From an uncultured bacterium (lineage in GTDB: Bacteria > Patescibacteriota > Minisyncoccia > UBA6257 > 2-01-FULL-56-20): a DNA stretch of 64,000 nucleotides. The DNA is taken from contig CAVOJZ010000002.1 in the NCBI GenBank assembly GCA_963696395.1, positions 363,989 through 427,988 of the forward strand. The letters run 5' to 3'. Shown here piece by piece: positions 1 to 10,061 of this stretch. Made by a program: the position numbers and the translations under genes. Under the pieces are notes generated by a model, which was given only the letters and a program-made list of their open reading frames with translations, did no database searches and had not been told where the DNA came from. How positions within the stretch are numbered: position 1 is the stretch's first letter; each line of letters opens with the position of its first letter.

Positions 1-539
1 TACGCCCACAACTTATTCTGGTCTGTTGCGCATTCGGCGGCCTCTGCGGCGGCGGTTGATTCAGCTCCGAGGAACGGGAAATTTCTGAACACAAGCTTCA
101 CCTTGCCGGTGTTCACATAGTTCTGGACGATTTGCGGTTCTGTCTGCGAGAAATAAAGACCGCAGTACGGACACTGATAATCGCCGTATTCAACCATGGT
201 CACCGGTGCATTCGGACTCCCCAAGATTGCATCGCGGGATCCGAGCGTCATGACTTGCGCCGGGGTGAGCGACGCGCCCGTCTGCGCCGTAGGACTATTG
301 CCGGTGCCAGCGGCATTTCCACCGGTGGCGCCAGCCCCGACTGGAGCGGCTGCCGGATGGTAGATGGTCGCAAAAAGAATCGAGCCGCCAATCACAAATG
401 CGGCGATGAGGATACTGATGGGGAGGAAGCGATCCTTTGAGGCATCATTCCCGCCGCCGCGCGCGGCGTTTTTATTTTCCGTTTCTGCTACGTATTCTTC
501 CTTGGTAAGGTTAACCTCCTCTATGTCGTTATTTTCCAT
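1..539 (-). CDS. DsbA/thioredoxin-fold membrane-anchored oxidoreductase (partial, runs off window start)
   Basis: Not in the ORF track. Manual translation from ATG at 539: MENNDIEE...TM (FLPISILIAAFVIGGSILFATIY)...LGSPNAPVTMVEYGDYQCPYCG...LVFRNFPFLG; CPYC active site. Confidence 0.9.
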   Translation of the reverse strand, partial: MENNDIEEVNLTKEEYVAETENKNAARGGGNDASKDRFLPISILIAAFVIGGSILFATIYHPAAAPVGAGATGGNAAGTGNSPTAQTGASLTPAQVMTLGSRDAILGSPNAPVTMVEYGDYQCPYCGLYFSQTEPQIVQNYVNTGKVKLVFRNFPFLGAESTAAAEAAECATDQNKLWA

Positions 540-563
540 AGTAGTAATAATATAGCAAAGGCA

Positions 564-1235
564 CTACGCAGGCAATGAAGGCCGCGATCCCGGCATGAGC
601 GCGTAATCTTCGGGAAAAATACGCGCGGTAATTACAAACATGCCATAGACGATAAAGGGCGCAGCGAAGACATCAATAGAGTAATGCACGTGCGCGAGGA
701 GCACGGCGGCACCGAAAAAAACGGTGAGAAACAGGAAAAAGCGGCGCCAGAGCCTGTCATCCCAAAAGATGAGAGCGATAAGAAACGGGAATGCGGTGTG
801 TCCGGAGAAGAAATAATTTCCCTGGAATGTGAACAATGAATAAAAGCCGAAACCGATATTCCCCGGCCCCGGCGACATGGCTGTGGGATAGGGCCCGATA
901 TGCGTGAGGGTTATGAAAAATGCGCGGCAGATAATATAGAGCGCGACTGCCTTCGTGCCGAATATAAGCCGTCTCGGCTCAACCAGCATCAGACACCACG
1001 CGAGCACCCAGGTTGCAATCGCCCAAAGAACGATCACAAAATCGAGATTTACAACCGGCAGGTTGTCGAGAAAAACATCGTGCACCGAACTCGCCGAAAT
1101 CGCGTGTCGCGCCGAAAACTGCCCAAGCGTAACCTGCACCGCAAGGGCAAGCACGATAAGCATAATCCCCACATACATCGACCGCTTACGCGCCGGCGGC
1201 CAAAAACCTTTGTAGCGATGGAAGGGTTTCCACAT
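564..1235 (-). CDS. PAP2 superfamily / sphingomyelin-synthase-like membrane protein
   Basis: Six hydrophobic segments, FFSGHT and HVHYSIDV motifs. Confidence 0.8.
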   Translation of the reverse strand: MWKPFHRYKGFWPPARKRSMYVGIMLIVLALAVQVTLGQFSARHAISASSVHDVFLDNLPVVNLDFVIVLWAIATWVLAWCLMLVEPRRLIFGTKAVALYIICRAFFITLTHIGPYPTAMSPGPGNIGFGFYSLFTFQGNYFFSGHTAFPFLIALIFWDDRLWRRFFLFLTVFFGAAVLLAHVHYSIDVFAAPFIVYGMFVITARIFPEDYALMPGSRPSLPA

Positions 1236-1256
1236 GAACTGTAGTATAGCAAATCC

Positions 1257-2591
1257 TCACTCGCCCTCGCCCGCAGCAATTGGCCGATTTACATATTTGA
1301 TAATTCTACTGAGCTGAGAGACATCTTCTTGATCGTTGTGGTCGAGCGAGCGCTCTCTCTTAAAAAGAGCCGGGAGGGGCAGATGCTTTCGCTTGTCTTG
1401 CAGAATGCTTTTTGGTCTTCCCGATTTCTTTCGGAGACCCCAGTCGTTCTCTGGGGTTGGAGAAAGCCGCGCCAATTTCTGCGCCCCTGGAATTTTCAGA
1501 ATCGTGTCGAGTACTCCTCCGTAGCCGGGATTTACCGTGTCTTGAGTTGAAAAAATGCCAACCCGCTCTGGCAGCGCCACGCCCTTTTTCTTGAAATCCA
1601 CAAAAATCTGGCGCAACGCCCGAAAGTAAGTGTCGTAGGCAAATCGTTGCCGATCTTCCGTGCTGTATGGAACATTTGTCGGAAATCCACTCTCGCCGAT
1701 TTCGTACGGGATTCCGAGTGCCGACAATTTTTCAGCAACCGCCTTGAATAAAGCAAAGTTGTTCATGGTTGCATTCAGGCTCCGCGGCGTGAATGGGTCG
1801 CTTGGGCTTTCCGCGCTGTCTTTGCGACCCAATAAATTCCCCGCCGTGCTTGCTTTATCACCAACGGGTAAATGCCAAACGCCGGGATAGTAATCAATCT
1901 GCACAAGATCAAAATTCTTTTTTAACATCGGGCCGTTGCGATCGAGATATTCTTCAACCGGAGGACGATCCTCCTTTCTGCTTAAGAATGATGCTTTTTC
2001 CGGCCATCTATCGCTGATATTGCCGGCGATGATACTCGTTGCGATCTTAATATCTGGCTGGACGGCTCCAAGCGCCTTCCGGGCTATCTCCGCACAGCGA
2101 GGGATATCCTTGACGTCGATAAATTTATACAACGTTGCGTTATTGATCTCATTAAAAAGTTGGGCTGAATAAACCGTGGACGTTGATCGCTCGATTATTT
2201 TTGCCACGGAAGCCAGATACGCTTCATAGGCCTCAAAATATTTTTCCTTGTCGGTTGCGTATACCTTTTCCGCCCAGGGCGGTGGATTAGAGATAACAAT
2301 AGTCGGCGGCTTCATGCCAACTTCTTTGATAGTTTTCAAAATATTGCCGTATCGTTCTCCAGAAGCTTCATCATGCATCCCGGGTGTTGGCGCAAGCTTG
2401 TCCCATGCAACGTCGAAACGAACCGACGAAAGGCCGTACTCCTTCATGGCTGCGTATAATTCGCGGAGCTCCTCTACGGTAAATTCTTTATGGCTGGCAT
2501 TGTGATCCGACACAAAAAAATCGATGCCAAGTTCCTTCTCATTCTCGGGCGAAGGATCGGATTCAACCGCTCCAAAACTTTCAGCCTTCAT
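1257..2591 (-). CDS. Putative clan GH-A (TIM-barrel) glycoside hydrolase
   Basis: VRFDVAWDKLAP, acid/base-like FNEIN, DYYP, nucleophile-like IGESGFPT, ENDWGL; no clear signal peptide. Confidence 0.65.
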   Translation of the reverse strand: MKAESFGAVESDPSPENEKELGIDFFVSDHNASHKEFTVEELRELYAAMKEYGLSSVRFDVAWDKLAPTPGMHDEASGERYGNILKTIKEVGMKPPTIVISNPPPWAEKVYATDKEKYFEAYEAYLASVAKIIERSTSTVYSAQLFNEINNATLYKFIDVKDIPRCAEIARKALGAVQPDIKIATSIIAGNISDRWPEKASFLSRKEDRPPVEEYLDRNGPMLKKNFDLVQIDYYPGVWHLPVGDKASTAGNLLGRKDSAESPSDPFTPRSLNATMNNFALFKAVAEKLSALGIPYEIGESGFPTNVPYSTEDRQRFAYDTYFRALRQIFVDFKKKGVALPERVGIFSTQDTVNPGYGGVLDTILKIPGAQKLARLSPTPENDWGLRKKSGRPKSILQDKRKHLPLPALFKRERSLDHNDQEDVSQLSRIIKYVNRPIAAGEGE

Positions 2592-2628
2592 ACCAGCATT
2601 TTAGGTAAAAGAGGTATAATAGTCCAAT

Positions 2629-3240
2629 ATGCTGCCGCAGACATCGTTTATCATCACGTGGCTGCTCACCTATCGCTACGCCATAGTTTATCCGCTTGCT
2701 ATTGCGGAAGGGCCGGTACTTATGATGGTCTCCGGGTTCCTGATTCATTTGGGATTCTTTTCGTTTTGGCCGATCTACCTCATCACAAGTGCCGGCGATC
2801 TCACCGGTGACGTCGTCTGGTATAAAATCGGCGAACATGGCGCACGGACAATCATCGAAAAATATGGCCGCTTCGTAAATCTCACCCAGGAGAACGTGGA
2901 ACGCGCGGAGGAATTTTTTAAGAGCCACCAGACAAAAATTCTTTTCATCTCGAAAATAACCATGGGGTTCGGCTTTGCGCTTGCAACACTCGTGGCCGCC
3001 GGCGCACTTAAGATCAATTTTAAAAAATATATGGCGATCAATATCCTCGGCCAGTTTATCTGGACGGGATTCTTGATGGCTATCGGCTATTTCCTTGGAA
3101 ACCTGTACACCTCTGTCGACAAAGGTTTTCGCTGGGCGTTCCTCGGCGCGGCCATAGCAATCGTCGGCTTTGCAGGCTACGGATTCAGCCGATACATGAA
3201 AAAACGTTTCGCTCGCGACGCGGGCGGCGCCGGCAGGTAA
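2629..3240 (+). CDS. DedA family membrane protein
   Basis: EGP, GDLTGDVVWYKIG, hydrophobic pattern typical of DedA/SNARE-associated proteins. Confidence 0.85.
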   Translation: MLPQTSFIITWLLTYRYAIVYPLAIAEGPVLMMVSGFLIHLGFFSFWPIYLITSAGDLTGDVVWYKIGEHGARTIIEKYGRFVNLTQENVERAEEFFKSHQTKILFISKITMGFGFALATLVAAGALKINFKKYMAINILGQFIWTGFLMAIGYFLGNLYTSVDKGFRWAFLGAAIAIVGFAGYGFSRYMKKRFARDAGGAGR

Positions 3241-3268
3241 TTTAATCATTTTCGGCTATAATAAGGGC

Positions 3269-3994
3269 ATGACCCTCTCCATCGTCGTTCCCGCGCGGAA
3301 CGAGGAAAAGAACATCGAATGGATGCTCAAGCAGCTGCATGATAAACTAACCGACGTTGACCACGAAATCATCCTGAGCGACGATGCAAGCACCGATAAA
3401 ACCAGGGAAATCGCGGCTCGCTACGCAACCGTGGTTCCCCACATAACCGACAAGAAAAGAACTATTGCGGCAAACCGCAACAGCGGCGCAAAGGCGGCGC
3501 ACGGTGACTACATCGCATTCGTTGACGCGGATATCTTTGTTCCCGACCCGAACCGCTTCTTTAAAAAATTACTTTCCGATTTCGCCTCGCGACCCAACGT
3601 CGTCGGCGCAACGGTAAAGATCGAAATTCTGCCGGATCAGGCGTCATTTTGGGATCGCCTCATTTTATGGATCATTAACGCGGTCCGTCGGATCGATAAC
3701 AACGTATTCCACAACGGCATGGCGTCGGGCGAATTCCAAATGATCCGGCGCGATGTTTTTGAAAAACTGCACGGCTATAACGAATTTCTGCCGATCGCGG
3801 AAGATCTGGAACTTTTCGAACGCCTTTCAAAAGTCGGGCGCACGTACTTTGACTGGGACCTGAAAGTTTATACAATCAATCGGCGTGCCAAACAACTCGG
3901 ATGGGAAAAACTCCTCTGGCTCTGGGGCGTGAACTACGTTTATATGAAATTCCTCAAGCGATCCTACAGCACGGAATGGCCGCCGCGTTCATAA
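3269..3994 (+). CDS. Glycosyltransferase family 2
   Basis: SIVVPARNEE, DDASTD, FVDAD, AED motifs. Confidence 0.9.
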   Translation: MTLSIVVPARNEEKNIEWMLKQLHDKLTDVDHEIILSDDASTDKTREIAARYATVVPHITDKKRTIAANRNSGAKAAHGDYIAFVDADIFVPDPNRFFKKLLSDFASRPNVVGATVKIEILPDQASFWDRLILWIINAVRRIDNNVFHNGMASGEFQMIRRDVFEKLHGYNEFLPIAEDLELFERLSKVGRTYFDWDLKVYTINRRAKQLGWEKLLWLWGVNYVYMKFLKRSYSTEWPPRS

Positions 3995-4001
3995 TACGAA
4001 A

Positions 4002-4877
4002 ATGAAATTAAGTTTTGTCGTTCCTGCGCACAACGAAGAGGCCATCATCGGCAAATGTCTCGAAGCCATCGTTCGCGAATCACGCGACAGGAACGATGTT
4101 GAGATTATCGTTGTCGACAACGCCTCAACCGACAATACGGCGAAGGTTGCAGCAAACTATCCCGGCGTGACCGTGGTGCATGAACCCCACAAAGGGCTCG
4201 TATGGGCGCGGCGCGCGGGGTTTATGGCGTCGCACGGCGACCTCATCGCGAACGTTGATTCCGACAACATACTCACACCGGGCTGGATCACCAAGGTGAT
4301 GGCAGAGTTCGAAAAAGATCCGGACCTCGTGACGCTTTCCGGCCCGTTCATTTATTATGACCTTCCGTTGGCCGCCCGGTTCTTCACGCGCTTCTTCTAT
4401 TACATTTCCTACATTATCTATCTGCTGAACCGGTTTGTGTTCCGGATAGGATCGGTGGTGCAAGGCGGCAATTTTGTGGTCCGCCGCACCGCGCTCGATA
4501 AAATCGGCGGATTCGATACAAGCATCTCATTCTACGGTGAAGACACCGATATCGCGCGGCGCATGAGCAAAGTGGGCGAAGTGAAATTTACATTCAAGCT
4601 GCCGATTTTTTCCTCCGGCCGCAGGCTCGCGAAGGAAGGCGCGGTAACGACAGGGATCCGATACGGTCTCAATTATTTCTGGATCACTTTTTTTAAAAAA
4701 CCGCTCACAAAAACGTATACCGACTTCCGCCCACAGGAGGAAGGGACAACCCTCGCCTATAAGCCGCAGAATCGCTTCAAAGAATGGCTCCTTGGAATCG
4801 CGGCCGTTCTCGTCGCGGTCGTCATCGTAGCCCTCATTGCATACGGCATCTATATTCTCGTACAATCAATACTATGA
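4002..4877 (+). CDS. Glycosyltransferase family 2 with C-terminal TM anchor
   Basis: SFVVPAHNEE, VDNASTD, VDSD, GGFD..FYGED. Confidence 0.9.
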   Translation: MKLSFVVPAHNEEAIIGKCLEAIVRESRDRNDVEIIVVDNASTDNTAKVAANYPGVTVVHEPHKGLVWARRAGFMASHGDLIANVDSDNILTPGWITKVMAEFEKDPDLVTLSGPFIYYDLPLAARFFTRFFYYISYIIYLLNRFVFRIGSVVQGGNFVVRRTALDKIGGFDTSISFYGEDTDIARRMSKVGEVKFTFKLPIFSSGRRLAKEGAVTTGIRYGLNYFWITFFKKPLTKTYTDFRPQEEGTTLAYKPQNRFKEWLLGIAAVLVAVVIVALIAYGIYILVQSIL

Positions 4878-5785
4878 AAATCATTGTAACCGGAGGCGCG
4901 GGGTTCATCGGAAGCCACGTCGCAGAGGCCTATAAAAAGGCCGGGCATCGCGTTGTCGTGATAGACAACCTTTCATCCGGCAAACGAAGTAACATTCCCA
5001 AGGGCGTGAAATTCCATAAAGCCGATATCCGCGACGAAGCGGCGATGAATCGGATCTTCAAGCTCGAGAAGCCGAACATCCTGAACCACCACGCGGCCTT
5101 CATCAGCGTTACGGAGTCCGTAAAAGAGCCGCAGAAAACATTTGCAATCAACGTCACAGGGACGCTCAACGTCATCATGGCATTTGCGCAATCCGGGCCG
5201 CAGAAAAAGAAGATGCTCTTCTCCTCAACCGGCGGAGCAATCTACGGCAATCCCAAAAAACTCCCGGCGGATGAATCAACGCCTCCGAATCCGTTTTCGC
5301 CCTATGCACTTGCAAAGTTGATAGACGAACAAATGATTGATTATTACTGCAAGACGAACGATATCACCTATCTCATCTTTCGCTACGCAAACGTCTATGG
5401 GCCCCGACAACGCGAGCAAGGCGGCGCCGGAATATTCCCCATCTTCACCCGCCAGGTACGCGAAGGGAAAACGCCAACTATTTTCGGCAACGGAAAAAAG
5501 ACCCGCGACTACGTTTACGTCGAAGACATTGCCCGCGCAAGTGTCCTCGGCTTATCGCGGGGGAAAAACGTCATCGTGAACATCGCATCCGCGCGCGAGA
5601 CGTCCGATTATTCCATTTTCAAAGCGATCGCAAAGAGGTTTGGATTTACCAAAGAGCCGCATTACACGCCCAAACGGAAAGGCGAAGTTGAACGCATATC
5701 CATGACTTACGCCAAAGCCAAAAAAATCCTCGGCTGGGAACCGCGATTCAGCCTCGAGGAAGGCATACGGAAAACGCTCGCATGA
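4874..5785 (+). CDS. NAD-dependent epimerase/dehydratase (UDP-glucose 4-epimerase-like)
   Basis: Start at ATGA overlap 4874; TGGAGFIGSH, STGGAIYG, YALAK (YxxxK), NVYGPRQ. Confidence 0.9.
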   Translation: MKIIVTGGAGFIGSHVAEAYKKAGHRVVVIDNLSSGKRSNIPKGVKFHKADIRDEAAMNRIFKLEKPNILNHHAAFISVTESVKEPQKTFAINVTGTLNVIMAFAQSGPQKKKMLFSSTGGAIYGNPKKLPADESTPPNPFSPYALAKLIDEQMIDYYCKTNDITYLIFRYANVYGPRQREQGGAGIFPIFTRQVREGKTPTIFGNGKKTRDYVYVEDIARASVLGLSRGKNVIVNIASARETSDYSIFKAIAKRFGFTKEPHYTPKRKGEVERISMTYAKAKKILGWEPRFSLEEGIRKTLA

Positions 5786-7119
5786 ACTCAATGAACAGGC
5801 TCAAAGTATTTTTGTTTTTTGTCGGCGACGTGATCGCACTTTACGCCTCACTTTTTATTACCCTTTACATCCGTTACGGCAACTCGTTCTACGAACAATT
5901 CCTGGACAGCCACTTCGGCCCATTCAGTATTATTTTTGCTTTTTGGATTGCGCTCTTTTATATCGCCGGATTATACGACCTCCGTCGGCTTCGGAACAAC
6001 CTGAATTTTCTGAAAACGCTATCCTTGTCCCTTGTGATCAATGCCATCATTGCAGCGCTGCTTTTTTATTCCATCCCCGCGTTCGGCATCGCGCCAAAGA
6101 CCAATTTATTGATTTTTATCGCTATCTTCGCCGTCGTAGAAATTTTTTGGCGGCGGACCGCAAACCGCTTTATGACCTTCGGCGATGCACCTAATAAAGT
6201 GCTCATGGTCGGCAGTGGCGCCGTGGCACAGGAACTCAAGGCAACCATCCGCGAAAACTCCCAGCTTGGATATGAAATCAAAACCGAGCTGACCGACGAG
6301 CAGGCTTATGCCGCACCGGATTCCATCCGGACGATTGCCGAAAAGAACGGCATCAATCTTATCGTCGTACCCCATCAACTGAAGCGCGACGCACGGCTCG
6401 TGACGATTCTCTACGAACTCTTCGGTAGCGGAATTCTCATAACCGACCTCGTCGCATTCTACGAACTGGTGATGCGGAAAATTCCGCTCGCCCAGCTTGA
6501 AGAGGCATGGTTTCTCGAAAACATTGCTGCCGAAGTGCGCTTTTACGACCAGCTGAAGCGCGCGTCGGAATTTCTTGCAGCGCTCGCAATCGGCATCATC
6601 CTGCTTCCGTTTGAACTCCTGATTGCGATCATCATAAAACTCACATCCCGCGGACCGGTCATCTATAAACAAGTGCGCGTCGGCGAGAAAGAACGCGAAT
6701 TCACGCTCTATAAATTCAGGACGATGCGCGTGAACGCGGAGAAGGACGGAGCGGTCTGGGCCGGCGAGCGCGATCCGCGCGCAACGGCTTTCGGCCAGAT
6801 TCTGCGCATCTCGCACCTCGATGAATTGCCTCAACTTTGGAATATCGTGAAAGGCGACATCTCGTTTGTCGGCCCCCGGCCCGAACGGCCGGAGTTTGTG
6901 AAAAAACTCGAATCCGAAATCCCCTATTATGAAGTCCGCCTGCTCATTAAACCGGGTGTCACCGGATGGGCGCAGATCAATTACCATAAAGACACCGCAA
7001 CGGAAGACGTCATGCAAAAATTGCAATACGATATTTATTATCTAAAAAACCGCTCGATCATTTTGGATCTGGCGATTGTGCTGAAGACGCTGAGGTCGCT
7101 TTTTATCAACCCGGACTAG
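5782..7119 (+). CDS. Undecaprenyl-phosphate initiating sugar phosphotransferase (WbaP/WcaJ-like)
   Basis: N-terminal TMs, KFRTM, LDELPQLWN, FVGPRPERP, KPGVTGWAQIN. Confidence 0.92.
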   Translation: MNSMNRLKVFLFFVGDVIALYASLFITLYIRYGNSFYEQFLDSHFGPFSIIFAFWIALFYIAGLYDLRRLRNNLNFLKTLSLSLVINAIIAALLFYSIPAFGIAPKTNLLIFIAIFAVVEIFWRRTANRFMTFGDAPNKVLMVGSGAVAQELKATIRENSQLGYEIKTELTDEQAYAAPDSIRTIAEKNGINLIVVPHQLKRDARLVTILYELFGSGILITDLVAFYELVMRKIPLAQLEEAWFLENIAAEVRFYDQLKRASEFLAALAIGIILLPFELLIAIIIKLTSRGPVIYKQVRVGEKEREFTLYKFRTMRVNAEKDGAVWAGERDPRATAFGQILRISHLDELPQLWNIVKGDISFVGPRPERPEFVKKLESEIPYYEVRLLIKPGVTGWAQINYHKDTATEDVMQKLQYDIYYLKNRSIILDLAIVLKTLRSLFINPD

Positions 7120-7124
7120 CGACG

Positions 7125-7601
7125 CTATTGCTTCGGTTTATTTTTGTGGAGTTTCTCAACAAGCCACGAGCTTGATTGCACTTTCCCGCCATGCCCAAGG
7201 TTATAAACAACCTTGCAGCCGATAGCTCCGCACGTTTCGACTTCAGAGCCCGGAATCGGCACGTCTGAAGGACTCCGGTCGCCGCCTTTTCCGAAAATAT
7301 GAGGCTTCAGCTTTTTGATTTCCGCAGAGACACCCATATCCTCGGGATTCGATCCGTGTCCGGTTATCACTACGCGGTCAACTGGCCACAAAGCCTCGAT
7401 GACCTCCTTCCGTTCCTGTTCCGGCATGAAGGCGTATCCCTTCTTTTTCTTCAGCCAGTTATCGTTGTTCAGAATGACGACAAGTTCGTCGCCCAACGCC
7501 CGTGCGTGCTCGAACATTCGCACGTGGCCGATGTGAATCGGATCAAAACCACCGCTTACAGCTACAACAACCTTATGCTTGGCGGCTTTTTTCTTCTTCA
7601 T
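7125..7601 (-). CDS. Cytidylyl/adenylyltransferase (TagD/RfaE-domain family)
   Basis: SGGFDPIHIGH (HxGH), KGGDR, KVQSSS. Confidence 0.88.
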   Translation of the reverse strand: MKKKKAAKHKVVVAVSGGFDPIHIGHVRMFEHARALGDELVVILNNDNWLKKKKGYAFMPEQERKEVIEALWPVDRVVITGHGSNPEDMGVSAEIKKLKPHIFGKGGDRSPSDVPIPGSEVETCGAIGCKVVYNLGHGGKVQSSSWLVEKLHKNKPKQ

Positions 7602-7633
7602 AAATCGTTTGCACTATTATAGCAGGCTTCGCA

Positions 7634-7750
7634 TTACGAGCCCAGGCTCCCCAAGTGGAACATGGATGGCACGAAGACCCGGAGAACAAATACCAGTGCG
7701 ACCAGGACAATCGCGGCGGCCACGAGCCAGGCCACAAACGGTTTTTTCAT
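7634..7750 (-). CDS. Small single-TM peptide, 38 aa (MKKPFVAWLVAAAIVLVALVFVLRVFVPSMFHLGSLGS)
   Basis: Manual translation; fills the intergenic gap; KK followed by a hydrophobic helix. Confidence 0.55.
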   Translation of the reverse strand: MKKPFVAWLVAAAIVLVALVFVLRVFVPSMFHLGSLGS

Positions 7751-7768
7751 ACCTATAGCATAGCAAAT

Positions 7769-10000
7769 TTAATTTTGGATAATGGCGCACGAGCGAGGAA
7801 CATGCAGCGCCGGAGTTCCATCGGGAGCATCCGGTTCGATGACGGTGCTCGTGGCGCCGCTGCCGTCCTCGTCGACCGCAAGGACGGGGGTTGATGTTGT
7901 ATTGCTCACGGTGAGCGTCGCCGTCGATGACGCCGTTGCGAGCGGGACGTTGGAGTAGGTTGTGGATGCCGTGAGATGGGCGCTTGAATCATATTTCTTC
8001 ACTTTCACCTTTGCTTTCGCTGACGATACCGACGATGACGCCTGTTTGATAACTGTCCGGTAGGTGCTTGTTGCGGGCAGAGTGATAAAAGTGTTACCGC
8101 CAATCGTGTCGTAGGAACTGCCCGGGATACCGAGATCGGCGTCGCCGGCGCTGTTTAACCCAACATGATTCCCCGCCTGATCGTACACGTCAACCGTGCC
8201 CGAAGCGGAAACACTGATCTCAACCGTTGCAGGGCGTGCTGCGCCGCGTCCAAGCAGGCAATCTTCGGTATTCATGGAAACGCCGATTGATTCGAGCGAA
8301 AGCGATGAGGTTGCCCCTTGCGTGATCGCCTGGAGCAAAGCGAGTGATTCAGGCGCACGAACAAGACCCTGATGGTCAACTCCGTTTTCGGAATACAGAA
8401 CAAAATAATTCTCATAGCTGTTTGCAAGATTCATCGCCGAATCAACCGGCACGCTGCCGTCGCCATTTGCCCTTGTGATATCGATTGATCCATCGGCATG
8501 CAAAATATATTGCGCGGGCGTGGGATCTTCACAACCAACAATGTTATAGACGCGTGTGCTGCTTGAGCCGGAAGAAGCGCCGAGAACAACTCCGTCGAGC
8601 GGTCCATGAAAAGCGTCGGCTGAGGCGAGCAGGCCGCTATTGCGCGAGTCGGCCGGATCGGCCGTCAACAATGCATTCGTATCGTCGAAGCTTAGTACCT
8701 GCGTTGTGATATTTCCGGCATCGTCGAGGACGTCCCTCGATACATAGCCTCCTTCAACATCCACATATCGCCGGGATGGCAGAAGATCATACACTCCCGG
8801 CATGTTTACCGAAATGGATTTCACCTCGGCAGGATTCAAAAGAGAAAATGGTCCGAAGGTAAAACCAAGATCGTCACCGTATTGAAGCGCTTTAAAAATA
8901 TATGGTGCGCCGAGCTGGGGTGTCCCCACAAAAATGAGTTTGTCCACGAAAGATGTGTCGGACAGGGCGGCGAGATAATCCTTCACGGCCAGACCGCCCA
9001 TGCTATGTGCAATTATGGTTATCTTGCCGCTTGTCGAATGGCCGACGGCATTCTGGATTACCGCGCCGATTGAAGCTGCAGAGCTTGCAATAGAAAGCCG
9101 CCAGTCATATGGCGCCACAAAGAGATCCCGCCCCTCGGTGTAGCCATCATCGGTGAATGTCTTGATGAGATTTCCATAAATCGACTGGCTGAACGGGATC
9201 GGAATTAAAAGCCGATTGTACGTGCCGCTTGCTTCGCGGATGATATCACCCGCGACCATTTCAGTGCCTGGCGATTGCGTGCCGTCAGGCAACAACTTTA
9301 ACGCATCGAGATAATCGTCGCTTCCCGAATTTGCCATGTCGGTCACGTCGGGCCAGAGCTCTTTTCCGGTGACCGCGCTGCCGGGTGCGCCGACCAATTG
9401 CGAACCCATCACGCCGGGCACAATCACAATCGGTTCGTTGTCAAAGCCACTTGCAGTGATGAATGGATAAAAGGCATAGTAGTTTTGGACAAGCCCCGTA
9501 CCATATTCAAAATTGTCGTACATCGCCGTACCGATTCCGGGGGTGCCCATAAGAATAACGCTGCAGTTCTGGCGACTTTCGACGGTATCGAGGCGATAGT
9601 AGTGGTTCGGATCCAGCGGAATCGTGAGATCGGAGAAGGTGCTCTTGCTCACCACACCAATCGTAAAATTGGCATTGCCCGTGATGCTGAACGTATTTAA
9701 AAGCTGAGTGTAGTTTGAATCACCAAACTCCGTGAGCGAAATAATGGACGCGCCGGCATCCGGGCAATCCACCGTGCCTTCGAGCGTGAGCGATGTGATG
9801 GTCCCTGCGAAGCCGCGGCCGAGCTGATACCAATTATCGTCATACCAACTGCCCCGCGATGCCGAAGAGTCGTCGGTCTGCTGAAAAAGCACCTGATCTG
9901 CGCCGGCTGCACGGGCAATTGGAATCGCAACCCTTGCGAGCGTCAGCACCACAATCACGACGACCATCGTCCAGCGATCGAAATAAGAATATGTTGGCAT
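7769..10000 (-). CDS. Secreted LCAT/PGAP1-like alpha/beta hydrolase (lipase/acyltransferase) with extra N- and C-terminal domains
   Basis: Signal-peptide-like N-terminus; VPGVMGSQL, PYDWR, AHSMGG nucleophile elbow, GTPQLGAP, GDGSVP, downstream His. Confidence 0.82.
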   Translation of the reverse strand: MPTYSYFDRWTMVVVIVVLTLARVAIPIARAAGADQVLFQQTDDSSASRGSWYDDNWYQLGRGFAGTITSLTLEGTVDCPDAGASIISLTEFGDSNYTQLLNTFSITGNANFTIGVVSKSTFSDLTIPLDPNHYYRLDTVESRQNCSVILMGTPGIGTAMYDNFEYGTGLVQNYYAFYPFITASGFDNEPIVIVPGVMGSQLVGAPGSAVTGKELWPDVTDMANSGSDDYLDALKLLPDGTQSPGTEMVAGDIIREASGTYNRLLIPIPFSQSIYGNLIKTFTDDGYTEGRDLFVAPYDWRLSIASSAASIGAVIQNAVGHSTSGKITIIAHSMGGLAVKDYLAALSDTSFVDKLIFVGTPQLGAPYIFKALQYGDDLGFTFGPFSLLNPAEVKSISVNMPGVYDLLPSRRYVDVEGGYVSRDVLDDAGNITTQVLSFDDTNALLTADPADSRNSGLLASADAFHGPLDGVVLGASSGSSSTRVYNIVGCEDPTPAQYILHADGSIDITRANGDGSVPVDSAMNLANSYENYFVLYSENGVDHQGLVRAPESLALLQAITQGATSSLSLESIGVSMNTEDCLLGRGAARPATVEISVSASGTVDVYDQAGNHVGLNSAGDADLGIPGSSYDTIGGNTFITLPATSTYRTVIKQASSSVSSAKAKVKVKKYDSSAHLTASTTYSNVPLATASSTATLTVSNTTSTPVLAVDEDGSGATSTVIEPDAPDGTPALHVPRSCAIIQN

Positions 10001-10061
10001 CCGAAAACCATAGCAAGCTGCACATTAAGAGAATATTAAAAACTGATATAATGCTATCGTA

